Assembly: GCA_965215275.1 (NCBI GenBank)
Contig: OZ244044.1
Location: 1,472,001 to 1,536,000, forward strand
Reading direction: 5' to 3'
Origin: Thermodesulfobacteriota bacterium
Lineage (GTDB): Bacteria > Desulfobacterota_D > UBA1144 > Nemesobacterales > JAJCZQ01
Length of the DNA: 64,000 bases
Position 1 is the first letter of the stretch; every line of letters starts with the position of its first letter. Positions 31,189 through 41,700 of this stretch are shown here, piece after piece. The notes beneath the pieces were generated by a model. It was not told where the DNA came from. It saw only the letters and a list, made by a program, of their open reading frames with translations, and did not search any database. A program made the translations under genes and the position numbers.

Positions 31189-33162
31189 ATGCTGTTGACC
31201 GTTGTTATTCTTCCGTTAATAGGTGCTGCGCTGAACGGTTTGCTTTTCGCTACTCCACTGAAGGACGTTCTGTTTAAGAACGAGGATGAAAAGTGGAGAA
31301 AAGGCGTCGTTGGAACGATCGGATGTACGGTCGTGTTTCTCTCTGCAGTGTTGTCCACCGTTCTGTTCTTCGATCTTCTTGATATGGAGCCGGAACAAAG
31401 GCAGATCATAAATGACGTCTTTGTCTGGATCTCATCCGGAGAGCTCAACGTCAGATTTTCGCTGCTTTTTGATCCTTTGGCATCGGTCATGGTACTTGTG
31501 GTTACCTGGGTGGGTTTTCTGATACACCTTTATTCAGTTGGCTATATGCAGCATGATGATTCCTTTGCAAGGTACTTCTGTCTTCTCAATCTGTTTATCT
31601 TTTTTATGCTCATGCTCGTGCTTGGAGATAATTTTCCCGTTATGTTCGTTGGATGGGAAGGTGTAGGGCTTACTTCATATCTGCTGATAGGGTTTTGGTT
31701 TGAGGACCATAACAAGGCTTACGCTGGCAGAAAGGCCTTTATAGTGAACAGGATAGGGGACTTTGGTTTCATTCTGGGAATATTTTTGATCTTTGTGACC
31801 TTCGGTTCCGTAAACTATCAGGAGGTGTTTGCAAAGCTTGCCGACCCGCAGCTAAGCGGGGCAATATCTGAGGCAACGATCACCGTGATCGCTCTCCTGC
31901 TGTTCGTGGGTGCCGTGGGAAAATCAGCACAGCTTCCGCTTTACGTGTGGCTTCCTGATGCCATGGCTGGACCCACTGCCGTAAGTGCCTTGATACATGC
32001 CGCTACCATGGTGACCGCCGGAGTGTACCTGATAGCTCGTTGCAATATTATCTTTTCCCTTGCACCAACTGCACAGTACGTTGTACTGGTTATCGCGACG
32101 CTTACTGCGTTTCTGGCCGCTGTGATCGCGATCACTCAGAACGATATTAAAAAAGTGCTGGCTTATTCTACCGTAAGTCAGCTTGGTTATATGTTTATGG
32201 CGATAGGCGTGGGTGCCTATGCCATAGCGATATTTCACGTTGTTACGCATGCGTTCTTCAAAGCACTTCTGTTCCTGGGTTCCGGCAGCGTGATCCACTC
32301 TATGTCGGGCGAGCAGGATATAAGGAACATGGGAGGACTCAGAAAGCATATCCCGACCACGGGACTGACCTTTCTTATTGGAACTTTAGCGATAGCCGGT
32401 ATTCCCCTGTTGTCCGGTTTTTACAGCAAGGACGGCATACTTGCTTCTGTATATGATGAAGGTTTTGCCGTGTTCTGGATCGTTGGACTTGTTACTGCCG
32501 GGTTTACGGCCTTTTATATGATGAGGCTCTATCTTCTGACCTTTGAAGGAGTATCCAGGATATCAGAGAAAGTAAGTCGCCACGTTCATGAATCTCCCGG
32601 CACTATGACGTTACCTTTGATAATCCTGGCTTTTCTTTCTGTTATAGGCGGGTATCTGGGTTTTCCTGAGTTCATGGCAAAGACCTTTGGAATAGAGTTC
32701 AGTAATTTTATTGAAAGATTTCTTAGCTCTTCCATATATGAACACAAGGGGGACCTGCTTTCCCATGGTCATCATGGGCACCTTGATCACTGGACACTTG
32801 CAGCACTGTCCGTTGCCGCTGCTGTATCAGGTCTTTTGATCGCCTTGTATATATATCTGATAAGACCTTCCTCGCAGAAATGGTTCAGTAAAGGTTTCAG
32901 TGTAAATCTGCACAGATGGTCAAATGCCAGGTTCTACGTTGATGAACTGTATCAGACTTTATTTGTAGGACCATTTAATCATTTTTCTCAGCGTTTTGCC
33001 GAGTTTGACAGGACGGTCGTTGATGGGATGGTGAATGGAACAAGCGACCTTGTGAGAGCTATGGGAAACCTGACCATATCTGCCCAGAAGGGAATGTTGA
33101 GGTATTATGCCGCCGCAATGGTAGCTGGCAGCGTGATGATCATGCTGTTCCTGTTTATCTGA
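31189..33162 (+). CDS. nuoL: NADH-quinone oxidoreductase subunit L
   Basis: GWEGVG, KAFIVNRIGD, KSAQLPLYVWLPDAMAGPT and HAFFKALLFL motifs. Confidence 0.96.
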   Translation: MLLTVVILPLIGAALNGLLFATPLKDVLFKNEDEKWRKGVVGTIGCTVVFLSAVLSTVLFFDLLDMEPEQRQIINDVFVWISSGELNVRFSLLFDPLASVMVLVVTWVGFLIHLYSVGYMQHDDSFARYFCLLNLFIFFMLMLVLGDNFPVMFVGWEGVGLTSYLLIGFWFEDHNKAYAGRKAFIVNRIGDFGFILGIFLIFVTFGSVNYQEVFAKLADPQLSGAISEATITVIALLLFVGAVGKSAQLPLYVWLPDAMAGPTAVSALIHAATMVTAGVYLIARCNIIFSLAPTAQYVVLVIATLTAFLAAVIAITQNDIKKVLAYSTVSQLGYMFMAIGVGAYAIAIFHVVTHAFFKALLFLGSGSVIHSMSGEQDIRNMGGLRKHIPTTGLTFLIGTLAIAGIPLLSGFYSKDGILASVYDEGFAVFWIVGLVTAGFTAFYMMRLYLLTFEGVSRISEKVSRHVHESPGTMTLPLIILAFLSVIGGYLGFPEFMAKTFGIEFSNFIERFLSSSIYEHKGDLLSHGHHGHLDHWTLAALSVAAAVSGLLIALYIYLIRPSSQKWFSKGFSVNLHRWSNARFYVDELYQTLFVGPFNHFSQRFAEFDRTVVDGMVNGTSDLVRAMGNLTISAQKGMLRYYAAAMVAGSVMIMLFLFI

Positions 33163-33310
33163 AGACCGGGAAAGGAATACCCGTGGAAGTTTCCCGTTAG
33201 CTGGACCCGCTTATTATCACAGGGTATAGATTCGCAGGGTATAAAAAAAATACTCTCTACATCCTGAAGATCTTTATCACTGCAAGGAAAGGAAAGAAAA
33301 AACTTTATAC

Positions 33311-33339
33311 TTGACATTACACTAAAGCAGAAGTAAGAT
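33311..33339 (+). promoter_or_regulatory. Sigma70-type promoter of copy 5
   Basis: TTGACA-17nt-TAAGAT; ATG 9 nt downstream at 33349. Confidence 0.7.
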
Positions 33340-33348
33340 ATCATCATT

Positions 33349-35933
33349 ATGAAAGATTTCATAAGAGGATCAAATGTAAAAACACGTAGTTCCATACCTC
33401 CCCCCCCCCCCGTGTATACCTTGCCTTTCAGTAGGGTACGGGTACACTGTAACGACAATGCTTAGGTTCATATCCCCCCCCCCCATATAAGTTAGTTCTT
33501 TCCCTGGTCTTTTTTCTTCTGTGCGTAATACCCGCAGCCGCGATGGTCCGTAACGGGGAAACGGCGTCGGTGTCCGTTGACGACCGGGGACAGGAGGACG
33601 GACCTTTTCTTCAGGAGGCTTCGGCTTCGTGGGAAGAAGGAGTGGAAGCAGGAATAAGAGAAGGGTTTTATGGAAAAGGAACGTTTTACGTCCGGGGAGC
33701 AGGGGACGGACATGAAAAAGGAGATCAGGCTAATTTTTCTGAATATTCCAATTACTACGGAGTAACTGCCGTTTGTTCAACGGACGGTTTTGGAAAAAAG
33801 AGTTTCTTTTCAGAAGAGGGAGTAAACCTGTGGGTGTGTGCACCTGGTTCTGATATCGTGACCACAGATAACAACAACGGTTACGTTGTAACTTCCGGAA
33901 CGTTCCTGTCAGCTTCACAGGTTGCAGGAGTGGCAGCACTGCTGAGAGAGGTTAACGGAGAACTGAGCTGGAGGGATATAAAGCTTATACTTGCGGGTTC
34001 AGCACGGCAGAACGATTTTTTTGACCCTGGCTGGGAGACTGGAGCTGTTAAATACGGTTCTGACGTGGAAAGATATAATTATAGTCCCAGGTATGGTTTT
34101 GGCGTGGTGGACGCAGAAGCAGCCGCAGAACTTGCAAAAAGCTGGAAAGGCGTAGGAGAAATGAGGACCATTACAGCTTCTTCAGATAATGAACTGACGA
34201 TCCCTGATGGAGAAGAAAATGGAGATGGAGAAGCGGACGGGGTCCTTGTCTCCGGACTTGTGATACCGGACGTGGAGGAAATATTTACGGAATTCGTTGA
34301 AGTTGAACTTGTTTTTTCTCATGACCGCTTGCAGGACCTTGATATACAGATAACCTCTCCTTCCGGGACAGTATCGGAACTTGTAAGGGAGTTTTCAGGG
34401 GAAGAAGACACCAGCGTCAGTTACCTGAGAAGAACACATCGTTTCGGGTCGGCAAGACACCTTGGGGAAGCCCCTTCCGGAGAATGGATTTTAAAAATAT
34501 CTGATACTGCTTCCGGAGATGGAGAAGATAGAGAAAATACGGGGACCTTGCACTCCTGGAACATTAAGGTATACGGGCACGGGAAGGGGGATCTTTTAAC
34601 GGACCCAGTCAGTGAGACGGGTCCTAAACATCATTATCTAAGTTTTGGTGGTCTGACAGAAGAAGATCATGTATTTACAGTAGGAGTTATGATAAGTCCA
34701 TTTCGTCCACCTCAGGTAGTTGATTCAGGGGCTGGAGCAGTAAGATACAGTTTAACTCCTGCTTTACCTGCCGGATTGATGTTTAATGTTGTTACCCTAC
34801 AGGTAACAGGAACGCCAACTACTCCGATGTCTGATACTGAGTACACATATACTGCTATGGACAGAGGTGGGGATAGTGATAGTATAACGTTCAATATCAG
34901 GGTAAAGGGTATAGCTGGTGCTCCGAGTTTTGGGAATGAGTCAATCCCTGGTCAGATATACATTCAAGGGACAACGGCAAACCTTCCGGTAACACTGCCT
35001 TCTGCAACATCAGGGGATACTCCGTTAACTTACAGTATAGCACCTGAGTTACCAGCTGGATTGGACTTTGCTTCTGATACCCGAGTAATAAGTGGCACAC
35101 CTTCTACTGCAACGTCTGAGGCTGATTACACATATACGGTTACTGATATAGATGGAGACACTGTTGAGTTAATGTTCGGGATCACTATATTAGCAGACGT
35201 AATGCCAACCTTTAGCGGTGAGACAATAGATGATAAGGAGTACATAGCAGGGAGTCTAATAACACCAGTAACGCTGCCTGCAGCAACTGGAGGTAATACT
35301 CCATTAACTTACAGTTTAACTCCTGCTTTACCAACTGGATTGAACTTTAACACAGCTACCCGAGTAATAAGTGGAACACCCACTACTGCAATGAGCAGGA
35401 ATACTTATACATATACGGTAACAGACATAAATGGAGATACTGTTAAGTTAATGTTCGGGATCACTATATTAGCTGACAGCATGCCAGACTTCGGCGGTGA
35501 GACAATAGATGATAAGGAGTACATAGCAGGGAGTCTAATAACACCAGTAACGCTGCCTGCAGCAACTGGAGGTAATGCTCCATTAACTTACAGTTTAACT
35601 CCTGCTTTACCAACTGGATTGAACTTTAATCCTGATACCCGAGTGATAAGTGGCACACCTTCTACTGCAACGTCTGAGGCTGATTACACATATACGGTTA
35701 CTGATATAGATGGAGACACGGATGAGAGAACGTTCAGTATAATAATAGAGGTTTCTTCTGCTCCGCCACCACAAGGACCAAGAACGTCAGGTACTGATTC
35801 AGGTGGAGGAGGATGTGCCGTCTCCGGTCAGAGCGGCGTTGTTCCTGATCTGCTCGGAGCAGTGGCGTGTCTGATACTTATACCCGTGTCTGTAATTATC
35901 AGAAGGAATAGAATAGCTCAGATAAAGACTTAG
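33349..35933 (+). CDS. S8-like pseudoprotease copy 5, frameshifted at both poly-C tracts, with an in-frame deletion of the N-terminal half of the S8 domain and four Ig-like repeats
   Basis: C12 at 33400-33411 and C11 at 33474-33484; removing one C from each joins ATG 33349, the signal peptide (KLVLSLVFFLLCVIPAAA) and the track ORF 33543..35933. Confidence 0.75.
35074..35719 (+). repeat. 279-bp-period near-identical Ig-domain repeats in copy 5
   Basis: 35220-35350 recurs at 35499-35629 (+279); 35074-35161 recurs at 35632-35719 (+558). Confidence 0.9.
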
Positions 35934-36130
35934 CAATGAGATCCTTTCCAGGGCGTTGAACTAACTAATATATTTTCCATCAGAATATCTGCTAAAGCTA
36001 TCTTTTTTCCTTTGATCTTCAACATTTTAATACCACAGGTATCTGACTGCAAGGTTTTCCACCCGATACGAATATGATTCTGTTAAAAACGTCTTTTATT
36101 TATTTGGCGTGGTTATCTGTGTAATTCCCA

Positions 36131-36180
36131 TAAAAAAAGGCAAGTTCCCGCTCAAGTAGGGGTAACCTGCCTCTTTTTTA
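36131..36180. terminator. Probable bidirectional intrinsic terminator between copy 5 and glnA
   Basis: A-tract, imperfect hairpin AGGCAAGTTCCC...GGGGTAACCTGCCT, T-tract. Confidence 0.55.
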
Positions 36181-36196
36181 TTTTTCGATTTTACCT

Positions 36197-37660
36197 TTAT
36201 ACGTCGAAATAGAGCATGAATTCATAGGGAACGGGTCTTAATTTGATCGGGTTGATCTCTTCGTCCGTTTTATACTCTATCCACGTCTGAACGACGTCCT
36301 CGGTGAATACGTCTCCCTTAAGCAGGAAGTCATGGTCGTTTTCAAGGGATTTAACTGCTTTTTCCAGTGAATCCGGGACGCTTGGAACGTCTGCCAGTTC
36401 CTCTGGTCCAAGTGCGTAAATGTCCTTGTCCAGTGGTTCACCTGGGTTGATCTTGTTCTCTATACCGTCCAGTCCCGCCATCAGCATTGCGGAAAATGTC
36501 AGATAACCGTTACAGGAAGGGTCAGGAAATCTCGTTTCGATCCTTTTTGCTTTGGGGCTTGGAGAATACATCGGTATTCTCACGGCGGCACTTCTGTTTC
36601 TGGCCGAGTAAGCAAGATTAACGGGTGCTTCAAAGCCGGGTACCAGTCTTCTGTAAGAATTGGTCGTCGGGTTGCTGAAAGCACAGATAGCTCCCGCGTG
36701 TTTTAAAATTCCGCCTATATAGTGCATAGCCATATCGCTCATGCCGGCGTATCCCTTTCCTGCGAACAGGGGTTTGTTCTTTTTCCACAGCGACTGGTGA
36801 ACGTGCATGCCGGACCCATTGTCTTCAAAAAGTGGTTTTGGCATGAAAGTTGCCGTCTTGCCGTTCAGACGAGCAACGTTTTTAACGACGTACTTGTACC
36901 ACATCATGTTATCACCCATTTCAAGCATTGGAGCAAACCGCATATCTATTTCTGCCTGTCCACCCGTGGCAACTTCATGGTGATGTGCTTCAACGGCAAT
37001 ACCCAGACTTTCCAGCCTGCTTACCATCTCCGACCTTATGTCGTGCATACTGTCGGCAGGCGGGGTTGGGAAATATCCTTCTTTGTGTCTGATCTTATAG
37101 CCAAGATTCGGGAACTCTTCCCTGCCGGAGTTCCATCTGCCTTCAGCAGAATCCACGAAGTAATATCCTGAATTAGAGTTCTGATCATATCTTATGTCGT
37201 CTAAAATAAAGAATTCCAGTTCAGGTCCAAAGAACGCCTGATCTGCAATTCCGGTGCTTTGCATATAGGCTAATGCTTTTCTGGCGGTGTTCCTTGGGTC
37301 CCTTGAATAGGGTTCCCTTGTGATCGGGTCTTCAATATTGCATATGATCACGATCGTCGGAGCACTCATAAATGGGTCGATCTTTGCGGTGGTTGAGTCC
37401 GGAAGGACCAGCATGTCACTTGCATGGATCGACTGCCACCCTCTTATACTGGAACCGTCAAAACCCAGACCCGAATCAAAAGTTGACTTATCTACTTCAT
37501 TAGAGGGAACTGTAAAGTGCTGCCACATTCCCATGAAATCTAAGAACCTGAAGTCAACGAACTCTATATCGTTACTTTTAATTATTTTAAGAATATCTGC
37601 ACCACTGCGAGGAACGGCAAATTTTTTGCTTGTTCCTTTTCCTTTACTCTGTGTGGGCAT
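36197..37660 (-). CDS. glnA: Glutamine synthetase type I
   Basis: [39 protein letters not shown] and [10 protein letters not shown] motifs. Confidence 0.98.
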   Translation of the reverse strand: MPTQSKGKGTSKKFAVPRSGADILKIIKSNDIEFVDFRFLDFMGMWQHFTVPSNEVDKSTFDSGLGFDGSSIRGWQSIHASDMLVLPDSTTAKIDPFMSAPTIVIICNIEDPITREPYSRDPRNTARKALAYMQSTGIADQAFFGPELEFFILDDIRYDQNSNSGYYFVDSAEGRWNSGREEFPNLGYKIRHKEGYFPTPPADSMHDIRSEMVSRLESLGIAVEAHHHEVATGGQAEIDMRFAPMLEMGDNMMWYKYVVKNVARLNGKTATFMPKPLFEDNGSGMHVHQSLWKKNKPLFAGKGYAGMSDMAMHYIGGILKHAGAICAFSNPTTNSYRRLVPGFEAPVNLAYSARNRSAAVRIPMYSPSPKAKRIETRFPDPSCNGYLTFSAMLMAGLDGIENKINPGEPLDKDIYALGPEELADVPSVPDSLEKAVKSLENDHDFLLKGDVFTEDVVQTWIEYKTDEEINPIKLRPVPYEFMLYFDV

Positions 37661-37752
37661 GGATTTAATCCTCCTTTTGTAATTAGTAAACTTAACAGCT
37701 ATCTAAACATAGCTTAAAGTTCAGGAAATTCAACATGCGGTCTTATCTGAAC

Positions 37753-38157
<405 letters not shown>

Positions 38158-38167
38158 TCAAATTAGA

Positions 38168-38184
38168 CGCAAAAATCATACCAG
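38168..38184 (-). promoter_or_regulatory. Sigma54 (-24/-12) promoter of glnB-glnA
   Basis: Minus strand CTGGTATGATTTTTGCG matches GG-N10-GC (consensus TGGCACG-N4-TTGC). Confidence 0.75.
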
Positions 38185-38360
38185 ATTTATTAAATTACCG
38201 CTTTAAGGTAACTGTATTATACCGGGTATTACCCGACAAAATCAATATATTTTAGTTATAATATACTTAATTTATTGAAATTATTTAAGTTTCAGGATCG
38301 TCATACGTCCAGGTTGCTCTGATCTGAAGTAAAATTAAAAGAATTTTTATAACTTTTATT

Positions 38361-38381
38361 TATGCCTACTATTTAGGCATA
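38361..38381. promoter_or_regulatory. Candidate NtrC-type upstream activator site
   Basis: Perfect palindrome TATGCCTA-N5-TAGGCATA (TGC-N11-GCA), ~180 bp upstream of the sigma54 promoter. Confidence 0.55.
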
Positions 38382-38485
38382 TCAATCCCGTATTTTAGTC
38401 ATACTGCGGATCGAGCTGTCTGAGATCCTCAGCGGTTTCTGTTACGGTTGATTTTGAAAATGGTCTGTGATAGTTTTTCTTTTCG

Positions 38486-39145
38486 ATGATCGAAGACAAG
38501 ATCAACTATAAGTTCAAGAGTAAAGATCTGCTCAGAACGGCCCTTACCCACGGTTCATATGCCAATGAACGCCTGGTGGAAAGTAATGAAAGATTGGAAT
38601 TTCTTGGTGACGCTATACTTGGGTTCATGGTCGCAAAGGAACTTTATTCAACGTTCCCTGACAGAAGCGAGGGAAAGCTGTCGAAGTTAAGGGGTGCGAT
38701 CGTGAGCAGGACCAATTTTTCACGTTACGCGAGGATGCTTAAGATCGACGAGCAGGTCCTGCTGGGTAAAGGAGAAGAGAACACGGGCGGCAGGAAAAAG
38801 GATTCGAACTTAGCGGGAGCCTTTGAAGCCGTAATAGCTGCAGTATACCTTGATGGCGGCGGCGACAAGGTCCATGAACTGATCTCCAGACTTGTGAAGG
38901 AGTACGTTGGGAACGGTGTGGTATTTTCGGATTATAAAGGACAGCTTCAGGAGGTATCCCAGAAAAAGTTCCGTCAGATGCCGAAGTATTCGGTTATAAG
39001 CGAAGAGGGCCCCGTTCACAAAAGGAGATTTCATATAAAGGTAAAGGTTGCCTCGAAATTCGAGGGAGAAGGGGTAGGCAGGAATAAAAAAGAGGCTGAG
39101 CAGGCAGCTGCCAAAAAGGCGTTATCGGACATTATACGGGACTAG
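38486..39145 (+). CDS. rnc: Ribonuclease III
   Basis: NERLEFLGDA signature; dsRBD DYKGQLQE...KKEAEQAAA. Confidence 0.97.
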   Translation: MIEDKINYKFKSKDLLRTALTHGSYANERLVESNERLEFLGDAILGFMVAKELYSTFPDRSEGKLSKLRGAIVSRTNFSRYARMLKIDEQVLLGKGEENTGGRKKDSNLAGAFEAVIAAVYLDGGGDKVHELISRLVKEYVGNGVVFSDYKGQLQEVSQKKFRQMPKYSVISEEGPVHKRRFHIKVKVASKFEGEGVGRNKKEAEQAAAKKALSDIIRD

Positions 39146-39146
39146 C

Positions 39147-40577
39147 TTAATGGTCCAGACCGGATTCAGACAGCTTCTTGCTAAGGGTGTTTCTGTTTAT
39201 TCCGAGCATAATGGCGGCTTTTTTCTTGTTACCTTTGGTTTTCTCAAGGATTATTTTAAACAGCTCGTTCTCAGTTCTGTTGATAACTTCCTGATAGACG
39301 TTATTTAAAGAACTGTCATGTTCGGAGATAAAAAGGTTCAGGGCTTCGCTGATCGCTTCGTCCATGGCCTCGTCTGACTCTTTCTTTTTTGATATTATGT
39401 GCCTGGTCTCATCGTTTATATGTTCCAGGTTGATGACGTTATCGGGTATCAGTAAAAGTATTCTCTTTATGGTGTTTTCTAATTCCCTGACGTTGCCGGG
39501 CCATGGATATTCAATAAATTTCTGAACTGCTTCATCAGATATTTCCTTGTGTTCCAGTTTAAAGTCCTCGGAATATTTTTTTATGAAATATTCTATCAGT
39601 ATGGGAATATCGTCCTTTCTTTTCCTTAAAGGGGGCAGGTTGATCGTTATTGCATTCAGTCTGTAGTAAAGGTCCTCCCTGAACTTTCCGTTCCGGACCT
39701 CGTGTTTCAGGTCTCTGTTCGTACAGGCCACTATCCTGACGTCGATCTCTACCGGTTTTTCGCTTCCCAGCCTGTACAGCTTGTTCTCCTCCAGCACCCT
39801 TAGCAGTTTTGACTGCAGATCAGGTGACATTTCGCCGATCTCATCGATCTGCAGGGTACCGTGGTTGGCTTCCTCAAATCTGCCCGTCTTTGCCGAGTCG
39901 GCTCCCGTGAACGCCCCTTTTTCATAACCGAACAGTTCACTTTCAATTAATTCCTTGGGTATCGCGGAGATATTTACAGATACCAGTTTGTTTTTCCTTC
40001 TGTAACTGTTTGAGTGTATCGTCTGGGTTATAAGCTCTTTTCCCGTTCCGCTCTCTCCCGTCAGAAGAACGGTAACGTCCTTGTCTGCGATCCTGCCCAC
40101 GGTCTTGTATATCTTCAGCATCTCTCTGGATTTACCGACGATTATGCCGAGGTTTATTTCATCCTTATGGTCCAGACCTGTTTTTTCTTTCCGTTTGCCT
40201 TTACTGGACCGCTTTGCATTCTTAATGGCTTTGCCGACCAGGTCGTTTACTTCATCAAGATCGAACGGCTTTGCCACGTAATCGTAAGCTCCTTGCCTTA
40301 TCCCCGTTATAGCGTTGCTTACCGTGTTTTGTGCGGTTATGAGCACTATGGGGGTCTCTACTTTCCTTGATTTCAGTTCATCAAGCACTTTAAGACCGCT
40401 GATATCGGGCATGTTTATATCAAGCAGTATAAGGGCGTAGCTTGTGTTAAGAGCTTTGTGTAATCCTTCACTGCCATTTTTGCCCAGGTCCACTTTGTAT
40501 CCTTTCTTTTCAAGGGAAGTGGTCAGCACCCATCTTATACTTTCTTCATCATCTACAACTAATATCTTGTCGCTCAT
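39147..40577 (-). CDS. ntrC: Sigma54-dependent response regulator (NtrC-like)
   Basis: Receiver domain, GESGTGKE, ESELFGYEKGAFTGA, WPGNVRELEN, Fis-type HTH; near glnB-glnA. Confidence 0.8.
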   Translation of the reverse strand: MSDKILVVDDEESIRWVLTTSLEKKGYKVDLGKNGSEGLHKALNTSYALILLDINMPDISGLKVLDELKSRKVETPIVLITAQNTVSNAITGIRQGAYDYVAKPFDLDEVNDLVGKAIKNAKRSSKGKRKEKTGLDHKDEINLGIIVGKSREMLKIYKTVGRIADKDVTVLLTGESGTGKELITQTIHSNSYRRKNKLVSVNISAIPKELIESELFGYEKGAFTGADSAKTGRFEEANHGTLQIDEIGEMSPDLQSKLLRVLEENKLYRLGSEKPVEIDVRIVACTNRDLKHEVRNGKFREDLYYRLNAITINLPPLRKRKDDIPILIEYFIKKYSEDFKLEHKEISDEAVQKFIEYPWPGNVRELENTIKRILLLIPDNVINLEHINDETRHIISKKKESDEAMDEAISEALNLFISEHDSSLNNVYQEVINRTENELFKIILEKTKGNKKKAAIMLGINRNTLSKKLSESGLDH

Positions 40578-40616
40578 ATAAGGTTTTAGATTATACTTAT
40601 ATTCAGGATTGGCAAA

Positions 40617-41681
40617 TCAGGCAGGCAGGAATATCCTGAATTCAGAACCATTTCCGGGAACACTGTCAACGAACATCATTCCCCCGTGCTTGGCAACTAT
40701 GCGGTTGGATATGAAAAGTCCCAGTCCGGTACCACTGGGTTTTGTAGTAAAGAACGGTGTGAAGATCTTATCTATTTTATCTTTTGCTATACCTTCTCCC
40801 GTGTCCTCCACGGAAGTCAGCACTGCTGACCTGGATTGTATCTTGTAGTCGTTTATCCACTGTGTCGATATAGTGATACTGCCTTTGCCGGTTATAGACT
40901 GGACCGCATTACGTATAATATTTACAAAGACCTGCTTGATCGCGTTTTCATCTCCCTGTATTGCAGGGATCGTGATATCCAGGTCTTTTTTAAAGTCTAT
41001 CCTGTTCCCTGCTGCCTTGGATTCCAGATACAGTATGTCGAATATGATCTCGTTCACGTTCACCGAGCTGAACTGCTTCTCGGAAAACTTATCGTTCTCT
41101 CTGATCTTGTCTATAAACTCGATTAACCTGTCTGCTTCCTTGGTAATTATATGAGAACACTTGCTCAGTTCTTTTTTAGACAGATCATTTGTAAGGAGCT
41201 GGGCAGCACCCTTTATGCCGCTAAGTGGATTTTTTAACTCATGTGCCAGTCCCAGCATCAGGTTTTCAAAGTTCGAGTTGAAGGACTGTTGATCCTTGAA
41301 GATGCTTAGCAGTTTTGTTCCTTCGATGTGCTTTAAGTATATGATCAGTCCCTCTGCTCTGTTCTCACTTGAAAAATGAGGCATTAAGGTCACCTGAAGG
41401 AATACTTGATTTTTCAGGGGACCACCACCAAGTTCGGTTTCATACTTGGTTATAGCTCTCTCATCGTTGATGGATTTAACTGCCAGACGCGTTATTTCGG
41501 TCGGAAAGATCGCAGAAAGGTCTTTATTCAGGGTTCTTTTTCTGGAACTGTTTATGAGCTGCTGTGCAGAGTGGTTAATATCGCGAATTACAAGGTCCTT
41601 GTCCGTGATAATGATCCCGTCACTGAAGGAGTCGAATATTTTTTTATAGAATTTATCATCACTTGTAAGATGATCCGCCAT
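40617..41681 (-). CDS. ntrB: PAS-domain histidine kinase (NtrB-like)
   Basis: GLAHELKNPLSGIKGAAQLL H-box, PFFTTK, GTGLGL; cytoplasmic. Confidence 0.8.
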   Translation of the reverse strand: MADHLTSDDKFYKKIFDSFSDGIIITDKDLVIRDINHSAQQLINSSRKRTLNKDLSAIFPTEITRLAVKSINDERAITKYETELGGGPLKNQVFLQVTLMPHFSSENRAEGLIIYLKHIEGTKLLSIFKDQQSFNSNFENLMLGLAHELKNPLSGIKGAAQLLTNDLSKKELSKCSHIITKEADRLIEFIDKIRENDKFSEKQFSSVNVNEIIFDILYLESKAAGNRIDFKKDLDITIPAIQGDENAIKQVFVNIIRNAVQSITGKGSITISTQWINDYKIQSRSAVLTSVEDTGEGIAKDKIDKIFTPFFTTKPSGTGLGLFISNRIVAKHGGMMFVDSVPGNGSEFRIFLPA

Positions 41682-41700
41682 GGTCTTAGGTAGAAACTGA

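Noticed and set aside
14256..36128. GGGAATTATAT-like motifs at 14256 and 22350, and TGTAATTCCC at ~36119-36128, as further IS ends around copies 2, 3 and 5
   Set aside because: Only 8-11 bp of AT-rich match, with no convincing partner or TSD; may be eroded ends but unsupported.
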